A stretch of 64,000 nucleotides of DNA from Phoronis australis. Lineage: Eukaryota > Animalia > Phoronida. Each line of letters begins with the position of its first letter. The stretch's first letter is position 1. Where the stretch lies: NCBI GenBank assembly GCA_002633005.1, contig NMRA01000942.1:23678-87677 (forward strand). Reading direction: 5' to 3'. Of the stretch, positions 52,504-64,000 are shown piece by piece. Below the pieces are notes generated by a model, which did no database searches, was not told the origin of the DNA, and saw only the letters and a program-made list of their open reading frames with translations. The position numbers and the translations under genes are program-made.

Positions 52504-55499
52504 AATGTCATGTCTGTTACCTTTTAAGTAACAAAATTTTTATTTTAAGGAGGGTAGTATTGCGAAAAATCTGAAAGTTCATTTTTTCTTCAATTATGTA
52601 CTGTACATAGAAATGTAAAGCATGCTTTCTATGCATTAGGAACCTCTGCAGTAAATTAACTATGCCGTATATGTAATTGGTTCTGACCCAAAAGACAGCT
52701 TTGTAAACAAAAAATGACAGACAAGCAGAGAAGTAAACCATGGCTGTGCTGCCAAATCTCACATTTTGTTAGAGATAAATATAGATCTTTAGTCTGAAAC
52801 AAAGCGGAATTCTTTTTCCTGATGACTGTACTCTAAAAGCGCTTGCAACTTATAGCAGTGGGCATTCTCTTAAATTGCTGGCATCAGTCGAGTAGACTGA
52901 AAAACACCCACTATTCAGTGAAAAATGGTCCTGCAATAAAAATCACAAACGATAAAATTCAATGTTTATTGAAATTATCAAGCCAAGTATTTGTTAAAGA
53001 CATGGACGAACCTCTCAAGGTGTCCCTCTACGAAAGAAAGATATCGAAAGCAATGTCTATTTGCTGAAATACTTCCATGAATGCGGCATATGTCAGAATG
53101 GGATGTGCAGTACCATTTGGCAAAAAGGGAAAGGTGCTTCATGGTACCCTTATTAGTTTTTCTCATTTTCTAACAGTCAGAGTTAAAGAGAGCAAGAGAA
53201 ATAATGTATAAGGTGGATACAAAAAGTAGACAGTTACCACCTTCTGAACTCAGGGCCAGCACAATAAGCTCTAGTCTTGGTACAAAGCTGTACAGCTTTG
53301 CGCCGATGCGGGTAAAAAAACTGATCAGAAAAAATATGACACAAAATCAGTGTCATCAAAAATTTTTGCACTTATTTGAATAAATAAAATTATTTCCTGG
53401 TTTTGGAAAAATTGGTGTTCTACCATTATTCTGCTGTTAAAGTTGTGGAGGGATTTTCTGTGTCTGCTTTTGGCGCCATGAAATATTGTGTCACCTATTG
53501 GCCAGTTTCTTTTGCGCCGATTCTTCAATCAACTGTTGTTCTTTCATGAGGTTATGTACACGTCACCACAAACTGGTTTCACACCATTTTAAGTTTTTAG
53601 AATTTTGATACCAGCAAACCCAATTTCAGAAGAAATTTAGCTGCTGCCAAGCTATCATTATCTCCCAAGAGATGTCCCAAATAATAAGGAAATGGCGCGT
53701 GTGCATGTCACGAGGGTATTGCTTTCAAAATGAGGACATAACTTTTCTTTGTTAGAAAAGGCGGAGGATTATGCAAGCAAATGTTTATTAGATTGTGTTC
53801 CACTTAAACATCTGCAACAGGCAAGGCGAGTGTCAGTTAATTTCCAGATTTTTCACGCCACCCATCTACATGTTGATACAGCCGTTTCACGATAAGGTAA
53901 TGAGTAGAACTACCCTGCCTGTGAGAAATTTCGAGGTCTATGGCACATAGTTGTATTTTGACGATAGCCTTCATACAGCTAGCTGGCAGGCTAAATGAGC
54001 TGCTGGCCATGAATCGGAAGCAAATTATCCCTCACGAACTGACTAAACCATCAAAATCACGCTGCAATCAATATGTTTGCGTAGAGGGAGACCTCGGGTG
54101 GCCTGGGTGAGGATTTTTTCCACTAGCTCTATTCATTTGTCAATGGTCCCATATTGTCCACCTACAAGAGGTGCGACTGTGGTGGCCAAGTTTCACACGA
54201 CATGAGTATTGACCTAAATGTGACTCAAAATTTACATGTGCAGATAAGAAATGGCTCAGTACCCGATTTTCAGGTGTTGAAGGACTATGCGGGAACATTT
54301 GTTTGAGTAGTTGAAAGGATTTAAGACTCCAACTATCTCAAAATGTGTCCATCTTCTACATCTGATTTAATTTAATTACGATAATTTGGCCAGAGTTAAG
54401 GATAATTTGCAGGACATCTTCCGGCCTACGCCAGAGAGCTAAGGCTACATTTGGGGTGCTGTTGCCTACGCCTACAGCAATGGTAAAAATTGAGTAAACG
54501 TGCCATTACACATTGGAAACTAGCTATTTTAAAGAGGGGGTCTGTTCAATGGACTTCTACCGGCGCTTACTAGTCCTAAAAGTAGCATACGTGGCACTAG
54601 TACCTAGGTATCATTTCAGGACAGACCCTAGGTAACAATGGAGTGGGTGGCTTACTTGGAGTTGGCCTCCATAACAACTTTGAACACAGCTCATGATAAG
54701 GAATTGTTAAGGAATTTAATCAAAATATTCTTCACAACTCAAAACTTCCATCTTTTCCCACCATTTTACGAGTTTCTGGGGTCCACACAAAGCCGAAGAA
54801 TTAGCACACTGCATACGAGTTTCTTGAAAATGGCGGTCCGAGAAAGTCACGCGGGAAACCTCGAGACATAGTAAAGGCAGTCACGACTATCGAACCTGGT
54901 CACCGTTTGGCTAGAAGGCTTGAACGGTTAAGCACATGCTACAAATTTATAAAATTCGCAGGTCTGAAAGCCGTAACGGCAACCTTTTCCGTTACGGCTT
55001 AGACCTTGTTACGGAGTATGGATCGGGTGCAAGAGGGGTGACCTGATTGAAGTGTACAAATTTTCCAGGTTTTTGACCGTGTTTCTGCTATTGACCAATG
55101 CCTGACACACCATGTACCTCTAAGCAACTGCTGGACTCCATCTGAGGCAACTTTGCTGCAAAAATTGCAACAGCTGTAAAACAGAACAAGACCATAGGCT
55201 TTGTTGGCGATAACCTCAACTTCTCCCATAGTGTGAGCTACGAAAGGAAAGACAGGGACTAAAAGGTAATGAATTTTTTCAGATCTGCTATCCTGATTTA
55301 TGATAAAATGAGTCACTTCGCTGAGACTCGCTTCCTAACACCGATCCACAGCAAAATAACAATACATTGAAGCCAATTGATCTGTTAATATCAACTTATG
55401 ATGTAGCATAACTTGCCAACTTTTATGCACTATGTGAATGGAGTTTGCAAAGGACGCATAGTCTACTTAAAGTTTTTAGACGGAAAATTCTCAAACTTT

Positions 55500-55720
55500 T
55501 AAATAACGACACAGCTGCTTTAATGGAGAAAACTACCGTCTTACCATTAACTGCATTGTCAAAAATGAACAAAGTTATGACGATGTTGTTGACATATTGG
55601 AATCATATGAGAAAATCTTACAGGACGTATTTGTGAAGGCTGGTTGTGATTTCCATGCATAAGAGGGAGCTAACTGGAGATTGACTGAGAAGTGACTAGT
55701 GAGAACATTGAAGCTATCAA
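55500..55720 (+). pseudogene. DUF6589-like mobile-element protein fragment
   Basis: KTTVLPL, frameshift, KNEQSYDDVVDILESYE, later GD*L (cf. GDQLT); recognised from memory only. Confidence 0.4.
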
Positions 55721-56489
55721 TAAGGCGCCCTGTGAACAAATCGGAATAAAGAAGTTGTTGGAACTGGCACGTTTTTATTACCGAATTTTCTAGTGTTTCT
55801 AGTCCACTATGGATTTTACGTCTGTCAAATCCGAGTGTGTGTCTAAACATGACAATTCACTGAACTTAAAACACCATATCCATGACTCCAGTTATTGTGC
55901 CTTTCAGAGGGGAAGCGAAAACAAGTATCACAACCGATGAGCCTCCCGTTCCCTGTAAGGCCACATGTTGTAATAATGCAACACAACTTTTGATAATCTA
56001 TACCTAACCCCCCAATACGTTCCCACTCATATCAGTGATTGTGCACAATCCGTGTGTTGGTTTCCAATTCAATTTTCACTTTCAAATTGAAAAATGAAAT
56101 ATTGACTTGTCAAACATTCCATGTTTCAATTTTGTCATTTTACCACCAACGCTTTACAACCAATCACAGCGCTGCTTTTCTAAACAATCCGGATTGGTTG
56201 AAAAAAGGGAGCTACATTTCACCCACATTCTATATCAAAATTTGGCCACCAGGCGTATTTAGTATCACCTTCAAACAATACTTGCTTGTTTCATCATAGT
56301 TTACTACAACGTTGTCTTCGAAAGCAAAAAGCAAAATGTCAGAGAAAATGACATGAATAGAGGAAGAATTGAGCAGATGTTAAATGTTAAGTATAATTTT
56401 AAACTTGTTACTGAATAAATATCATAGAAAAAACAACGGTAGGAGTGCTCGCGTACTGTAACCACAAAATTTTTAGAACTGGAGTTCTA

Positions 56490-56882
56490 TAAAATTCCCC
56501 ATAGTCGAAACAGGGGTGTCAAAACGATGACGGAAACACTGAAAATTGTAGACAGGCAACCAATTCCATCGGATTAACAGTAGCTCTCGGACACCCAGGA
56601 ACGGGGAAGACAACAGCACCAGTTGCGGCTCTCTCGCTTATTGGCAGGGGAGGAGCAGTTTTCCAGACGTTGACAGCTGCAAGGCTAAGGAAAGGTCTGT
56701 CAATCTCCAATCTACCTTGCGTAAATTATGATCTGGATGATGAAGTACAGCTTAGAAATCTTTCAATGATGGTGTTTGACAATGCCAAAGTGGCAGACAA
56801 TAAGAAGCAGTTGTCTGCCATAACCTCTCTACTGGTAAAGGTTAATCCACTCATTATGATGCTGCTATGGAAGCATGAGTAA
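56490..56882 (+). pseudogene. P-loop NTPase (DUF927/SF3-like helicase) relic, copy 1
   Basis: VALGHPGTGKTT Walker A at 56589, AALSLIG, SxLPxVxxD Walker-B region, terminal LLVKVN sensor-like motif. Confidence 0.6.
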
Positions 56883-57329
56883 ACCTTTCATGCTATTGTC
56901 TCATTGAATGTGTGTTAAACACATTCGAGATCCATTCACCCTGCATACTTAATACAATGATTCTTTCCAATGGTTGCACGCTACAAAAACTATCACACAC
57001 CCTCATATGCATATTCCTAGAATTTCAAACTTCCATGAAATATGTTAATAATAAGAGCCAACATCATTTGGCTTGCTATGAATCTTTGATAGCACACAGT
57101 CACAGACTGCAATGAGGCAATGGACGTATTGAGATGTACTGCAATTTGTTTTAAAGCAAATAATTTTAAGGATTTGAGTGTCTTTTTCCAGGGTCAGTGA
57201 AGGTGTCTTTTCGTCTAAGGTTGGGCTATATGATAAAAAACTTTCAACTTCATTTAAATATCTTTCATCTTTCATTACTGTTGCTCATAGTCAGTTAATT
57301 GAAATAACATTGATTAGATAATGTTACCT

Positions 57330-58010
57330 TTTAGGCTCATTCATTGGCTGAAAAGGAGTTAAAGGAGGCACAGCCTAAAGGAGCTCGGCTTGAAATTACA
57401 ATGTGTTCCATAAAGGAATGAGCACCAATACTGCCATGTCCAGTGATGGCGACTGTTGGAACCCAGACAAAACCAATGCCATCACCCCATCCCCCATCTA
57501 AGTGAACAGCTCAGTGTTGTAATGGCAAATCTCCGAAGTGTGTTGCACCTTGCTGCAATCAACATGTGCATCCCCCACTGAGGAGGAAGAAAACAGCAGT
57601 GACAGCTCTTCAGAACCTTTGTCTCAGGAGACTTCATACCAACCAGATAATGATGACATGGACAGTGAGAAGGAAGAAGACTTTCAATGGAAGATGAAGC
57701 GGTTGACAGTACCTTCAACAACTTTCAGTACTTGATGTTCGGTTCAGCATTGAAAGAATTGTTTGATAAATGTATTGTTGACGCCAATTGCTATACTCCG
57801 ATTGTAGGGCTGGAGGTTAAATATAAAGGGACTTTGTTGGTCATTCTGGCCACATGCATCAAGCACCACACTTATGTGTGTAAAAGCCAGCCAGTGATCA
57901 GACAATCAGACATGGGGAACATCATAGGGGCAGGATCCGTGCTATTTTCAGGGAACACATTCACCACAATATCAGAGATTGCGGAACCTAACATGATTTT
58001 GCATTTGAAT
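57330..58010 (+). mobile_element. Truncated Kolobok-type transposase N-terminal region
   Basis: Acidic linker, then YLMFGSALKELFDKC...C...KGT...C..HH...SQP...GN...VLFSGN; copy at 62290-62980. Confidence 0.65.
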
Positions 58011-58302
58011 GAACAGCTACAATTGAATGGAGTTTTTGTATTAACTCTTACCTTGCCTCAGTCAATGTGAAGTTTGTTGAAATAACCTCATTTTGGCTAA
58101 GCTAGTTTTTCTTGAACGGTACCATCTTTCTCATCATGTGAATTGTATGACATTAATTACCAAACTGGTTTTGTCTGTGAGTTCTTATAACTCGTTTAGA
58201 GTTCCTAACATAAATCACTGTCCTAACATCATCGTCATCCTACAATTATCAAAGCATATCAGAGTTCTCTCGAATGGTTTTGGAACCTTTCACTGTGTGC
58301 AG

Positions 58303-58524
58303 GATAAAGGGTAGCATGCAGACTCCTCTGCCATGACTGCATAGTTTGACAAGGCCAGCAACAGCATGGCCTCATTCTTGAGGCTAGAGGGCAAACTGAG
58401 GAAGAAAATCAGAGATGGTCGATTTGGCAAGTTGGCACCCACAGTCAAGTGTGCGCTGCCTGATGACTCAGTAGCTGACCGCCTCAGCCAAACTTATGCT
58501 CTTGACCTTCTGTGTACCGAAGTA
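58303..58524 (+). pseudogene. Probable downstream exon of the helicase-like relic
   Basis: tgtgcag acceptor, GTATGT donor, two in-frame TAG; ...LPDDSVADRLSQTYAL; copy at 63301-63523. Confidence 0.4.
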
Positions 58525-58802
58525 GTATGTCATGCTTTCTATGCATCATGGCAATTGAAGGACACTTTCACTAAACTTTGATTGGATGATGTCTCAATTG
58601 TATCCTTGTCTTCGTAGAAATGAAATATAAAATTCTTAATACTTACTTACATGTTATTTTAGAATTTCAAACTTCCATCAAATATGCTTAAGAGCCAACA
58701 ATATCTTGACATTCGACATGNGGGAGAGCGATCAATATTCAGTTTGATGAAGATTTTGCGGTTCAATTTAATTACCAGCAAATTTGGAATCACTTTGCGA
58801 TT

Positions 58803-59772
58803 AGTCGAAGTGCTCTGCAATCTATGTGAAAATTAGACAGCACACTACAACTTATCTTTTATTAGGTTCCTCCCATTCATACCTTTGCAAAACAGATCTA
58901 CTCATGTGGCATAAAAGACCAGCAACCAAGAAAACAACTGCTTTTATAACAGCATAAGTTTGATATAGTATAGGAGACACAGAGGCGAAATTCATGAGAT
59001 TGGTCACCACCTTGAGAGGAGTTCTGTCACTTGACAGCATGATCAAGCAGGTAAAATATTGCACCTTAAAAACAAAAAGACTGAGTAAGTCGAAGTGCTC
59101 TGCTATCTATGTGAAAATTAGACAGCACGCTATAATTTTTATTTTTTATTAGGTTCCTCCCATTCATACCTTTGCAAAACAGATCTAATCATGTGGCATA
59201 CAAGACCAGCCACCATGAAAACAACTGCTTTTACAATAGCTTAAGTTTGATATAGTGTGGGAGAGACACAGAGGCGAAATTCATGAGACTGGTCACCACC
59301 TTGAGAAGAGTTCTGTCAATTGACAGCGTGATCAAGCAGATAAATATTGCACCATAAAAACAAAAAGACTGTATAAGTCGAAGTGCTCTGCTATCTATGT
59401 GAAAATTAGACAGCACACTATAATTTTTATCTTTTATTAGGTTAATCCCAGTCATACCTTTTCAAAACAGATCTACTCATGTTGCATACAAGACCAGCAC
59501 CCAAGAAAACAACTGCTTTTATAACAGCTTAAGTTTGATATAGTACAGGAGAGACACAGAGGCGAAATTCATGAGATTGGTCACCACCTTGAGAGGAGTT
59601 CTGTCACTTGACAGCGTGATCAAGCAGGTAAAATATTGCACCTTAAAAACAAAAAGACTGAATTAGTCGAAGTGCTCTGCTATCTTTGTGAAAATTAGAC
59701 AGCACACTATAAATTTTATTTTTTATAAGGTTCCTCCCATTCATACCTTTGCAAAACAGATCTACTCATGTG
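58803..59772. repeat. ~288-bp tandem repeat, ~3.4 copies
   Basis: agtcgaagtgctctgc at 58803, 59088, 59376, 59665. Confidence 0.95.
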
Positions 59773-60169
59773 TAAATTTGTTGAAAGTTGTCAAATTTCT
59801 AGGTGGAATGAGTAAAAAAGAAGTGTGGTCATTTTTTCGAAGGACATGATGCAGTGGATTAAAAATTTCCGGGTTTTTTTAAACGACGTGGACTGCGATT
59901 CATAGGTGGTCAAGTACATCGATATGGTGCTGGAGAACTGTTTTCCGACACAGGTATGTAACATTTCCGTATTGTACACTCAAGATTACAACTATGTCTA
60001 CTACAGGACAAGAAATCCGGTAATTCCTTTGAACAAACTGGTTAAAACATTTGAAACCTCACTTTCAACCTGCATAATAAAAGAAATTCACAATGAGTCA
60101 ATGTCAAGTGTGATCACACATTGTGTCAAAGTTTCCCATGCACAGAAACTGTATTAACTTCACACTAAA

Positions 60170-60890
60170 TCAGTAATCTTCGTCAACTAGTTGTGAAGAC
60201 GCTTTCGCAATAAGGACCCGTGAACATGTGTCCTTTCTTACAAAGCTGGGTATCGGGAAAGCCCAAGAAAAGAATATCAGAAAAGAAGCGGACCTGCTTC
60301 GCAATGCAGCCGCATAAATGAAAGTACATACTCCAGGCAGTACAAATACATGAAGTGTACTGGCTATGAAATAAAGCCTGTTCCTGAGGAGACATGTGGA
60401 TGTCATAAAATCCGGTCAGCCAGATCTCATGGTCATTGACAGCTGCAAGGCTATGCAAAGACTTTTCAATCTCCAATCTACCTTTTCTAAATAATGATCT
60501 GGATGATGAAGTACAGCTTAGAAACCTTTCAACGATGGTGTTTGACAATGCCAAAGTGGCAGACCATAAGAAGCAGTGAATCGGTAATCTTCGTCATAAA
60601 ACACCATTTTAAGGGAAGCAAACTAGTTGTGAAGACGCTTTCGCAACAAGGACCCGTGAACATGGGTCTCTTCTTACAAAGCTGGATGCCGGGGAAAGCC
60701 CAAGAAAAGAATATAAGAAACGAAGCAGAACCGCTTCGCGATACAGCCGAATACACGAAAGTACATACTCCAGGCAGTACAAACACATGAAGTGTACTGG
60801 CTCTGATGTAAAGCCTGTTTCTGCAGTGACATGTGGATGTCGTCAAATCAGTCAGCCAGATCTCATGGTCGTTGACATTTGCAAGGAAGA
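60170..60890 (+). repeat. Two diverged tandem units with a helicase fragment (60435-60577) between them
   Basis: caactagttgtgaagacgctttcgc...cagatctcatggtc occurs twice; the middle matches 56670-56810. Confidence 0.8.
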
Positions 60891-61394
60891 ATTGTGCCGA
60901 TGTTAAATGTTAAGTATAATTTTAAAGTTGCTACTGAATAATAATAAAAAACTTTCGTAGCTTTTGATGATGCAACAGAAAAAACGACGGCTATGAGCAC
61001 ACTACAAGCATAAACTTGTTGCCCGCTAGACGTGCCAAGGAGTGCTCGCGTACTGTAACAATAAAATCTTTAGAACTGGGGTTCTATAAAATTCCTCGTA
61101 CTCAAAACTGGGGTGTCAAAACGCTGATGGAAACACTGAATATTGTAGACAGGCAACCAATTCCATCGGATTAACAGTAGCTCTCGGACCTCCAGGAATG
61201 GGGAAGACAACAGCATCAGTTGCAGCTCTCTCACTTATTGGCAGGGGAGGAATAGTTTTCCAGACGTTGACAGCTGCAAGGCTAAGCAAAGACCTTTCAA
61301 TCTCCACTCTACCTTTAGTAAATAATGATCTGGATGATGAAGTACTGCTTAGAAACGTGTCAATGATGGTATTTGNCTAGACGTGCCAAGGAGT

Positions 61395-63719
61395 GCTCGC
61401 GTACTGTAACAATAAAATCTTTAGAACTGGGGTTCTATAAAATTCCTCGTACTCGAAGCTGGGGTGTCAAAACGCTGACGGAAACACTGAATATTGTAGA
61501 CAGGCAACCAATTCCATCGGATTAACAGTAGCTCTCGGACCTCCAGGAACGGGGAAGACAACAGCATCAGTTGCAGCTCTCTCACTTATTGGCAGGGGAG
61601 GAATAGTTTTCCAGACGTTGACAGCCGCAAGGCTAAGCAAAGACCTTTCAATCTCCACTCTACTTTTAGTAAATAATGATCTGGATGATGAAGTACTGCT
61701 TAGAAACGTGTCAATGATGGTACTTGACAATCCCAAAGTGGCAGACAATAAGAAGCAGTTGTCTGGCATAACTTCTCTACTGGTAAAGGCTAATCCACTC
61801 ATTGTGAGGCTGCTATGGAAGCATGAGTAAACCTTTCATGCTTTTGTCTCATTGAATGTGTGTTAAACACATTCGAGATCCATTCATTCTGCATACTTAA
61901 TACAATGATTCATTCCAATGGTTCCACGCTACAAAAACTATCTGATATTCACACCCCCTGATGTGCATATTCCTAGAATTTCAAACTTCCATCAAATATG
62001 TTACTAATAAGAACCAACATCATTTGGCTTGCTATGAATCTTTGATAGCACACAGTCACAGAATGCAATGAGGCAACGGAGGTATTGAGATGTACTGCAA
62101 TTCGTTTTAAAGCAAATAATTTTAAGGATTTGACTGTCTTTTTCTAGGGTCAGTGAAGGTCTCTTTTCGTCTAAGATTAGGCTATGATAATATAATTTCA
62201 ACTTCATTTAAATATCTTTCATCTTTCATCACTGTTGCTCATAGTCAGTTAAATGAAATAAGATTGATTAGATAATGTTACATTTTAGGCTCATTCATAG
62301 ACTGAAAAGGAGTTAAAGGAGGCACAGCCTAAAGAAGCTCCAACTGAAACTACAATGTGTTGTAAAAAGGAATGAGCACCAACATTGCCATGTCCAGTGA
62401 TGGTGACTGTTGGAACCCAGACAAAACCAATGCCATCACCCCATCCCCCTTCTAAGTGCACAGCTCAGTGTTGTAATGGCAAATCTCCGAAGTGTGTTGC
62501 ACCTTGCTGCAATCAACCTGTGCATCCCCCACTGAGGAGGAAGAAAACAGCATTGACAGCTCTTCAGAACCTTTGTCTCAGACTTCATACCAACCAGATA
62601 ATGATGACATGGACAGTGAGAAAGAAGAAGACTTTTCAATGGAAGATAAAGCAGTTGACAGTACCTTCAACTACTTTCAGTACTTGATGTTCGGTTCAGC
62701 ATTGAAAGACTTGTTTGTTAAATGTATTGTTGACACCAATTGCTATGCTCTGATTGTAGGGCTGGAGGTTAAATATTAAGGGACTTGGTTGGTCATTCTG
62801 GCCACATGCATCAAGCACCACACTTATGTATGTAAAACCAAGCCAGTGATCAGACAATCAGACATGGGGAACATCATAGCGGCAGGATCCGTGCTGTTTT
62901 CAGGGAACACATTCACCACAATATCAGAGATTGCGGAACCTAACATGATTTTGCATTTGAATGAACAGCTACAACTGAATGGAGTTTCTGTATTAACTCT
63001 TACCTTGTCACAGTCAATGTGAAGTTTGTTGAAATAACCACATTTTCCCATTGAAGTCGCTGGTTTTAACCTGGTTTAAGATTTGGCTAAGCTAGTTTTC
63101 CTTGAACGGTCTAATCTTTCTCATCATGTGAATTGTATGACGTTACTTACCAAACTGGTTGTGTCTGTTGAGTTCTTATAACTCGTTTAGAGTTATAAGT
63201 TCATAATATAAATCAGTGTCCTAACATCATAGTCATCCTTCTATTATCAAAGCATAACAGAGTTCTCTCGAATGGTTTTGGAACCTTTCACTGTGTGCAG
63301 GATAAAGGGTAGCATGCAGGACTTCTCAGCCATGATTGCATAGTTTGACAAGGCCAGCAACAGCATGGCCTCATTCTTGAGGCTAGAGGGCAAACTGAGG
63401 AAGAAAATCAGAGATGGTCGATTAGGCAAGTTGGCACCCACAGTCAAGTGTGCGCTGCCTGATGACTCAGTAGCTGACCGCCTCAGCCAAACTTATGCTC
63501 TTGACCTTCTGTGTACCGAAGTAGTATGTCATGCTTTCTATGCATCATGGCAATTGAAGGACACTTTCACTAAACTTTGATTGGATGATGTCTCAATTGT
63601 ATCCTTGTCTTCGTAGAAATGAAATATAAAATTCTTAATACTTACTTACATGTTATTTTAGAATTTCAAACTTCCATCAAATATGCTTAAGAGCCAACAA
63701 TATCTTGACATTCGACATG
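61395..63719. repeat. Diverged copy of 56440-58720
   Basis: Colinear with SNPs and small indels; first copy ends at n 58721. Confidence 0.9.
61441..61830 (+). pseudogene. P-loop helicase-like relic, copy 3 (130 stop-free codons, GPPGTGKT at 61537); copy 2 at ~61090-61375 (GPPGMGKT)
   Basis: Walker A and downstream motifs as in copy 1; no ATG start. Confidence 0.6.
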
Positions 63720-64000
63720 CTTGTCAACAAAGTTAACGTGCATTTAAAGAGAAAATGCTTGCACCAATTTCATTACCTTGCATAACCTTCAACTTATCAT
63801 CCTACACTTTTAACACATTGTGAAGGTTAGCAGACAGCATACGAGAAACATTAAAACATCTCTAAATACAATCACAAGACACCAAAATTGCTCTAACAGT
63901 GTATTTCGTTACCACCAGTACTTGAAGGATAAGGATATGATTTGAACAAAACTTAACAACTATTTTAAGGACTCCAAGACTGTTTTATCAGAAGTGATGA

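Noticed and set aside
61025-61725. Tandem helicase gene duplication
   Set aside because: Near-identical copies joined at a single n (61376); probably an unmerged contig overlap.

Overview
AT-rich, intron-containing DNA from a draft animal genome, probably a heterozygous marine invertebrate (species not determinable here), with two N-gaps and several single-n joins. The host content is a minus-strand tandem cluster of secreted CAP/SCP (CRISP-like) genes. Gene B (42501->27629) can be assembled by hand into 8 phase-consistent GT-AG exons encoding 301 aa: signal peptide, CAP, EGF-like, ShKT. Gene A (11665->1135) has 4 visible exons and runs off the window start. A disabled ShKT exon at ~22.5 kb marks a third copy. 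A and B share alignable introns, yet their CAP exons differ mostly by amino-acid changes, including loss of cleft His/Glu residues in A. The rest is mostly transposon debris: Kolobok-like/THAP, hAT, Gypsy, LINE, SINE, MITEs and a Helentron-like element with an internal tandem array. The 55-64 kb region holds a decayed, apparently spliced P-loop helicase-like gene next to a DUF6589-like fragment, possibly an unclassified large mobile element. Several near-identical duplications flank gaps and are probably uncollapsed haplotypes. Domain and family names come from motif recognition by eye, not database searches.
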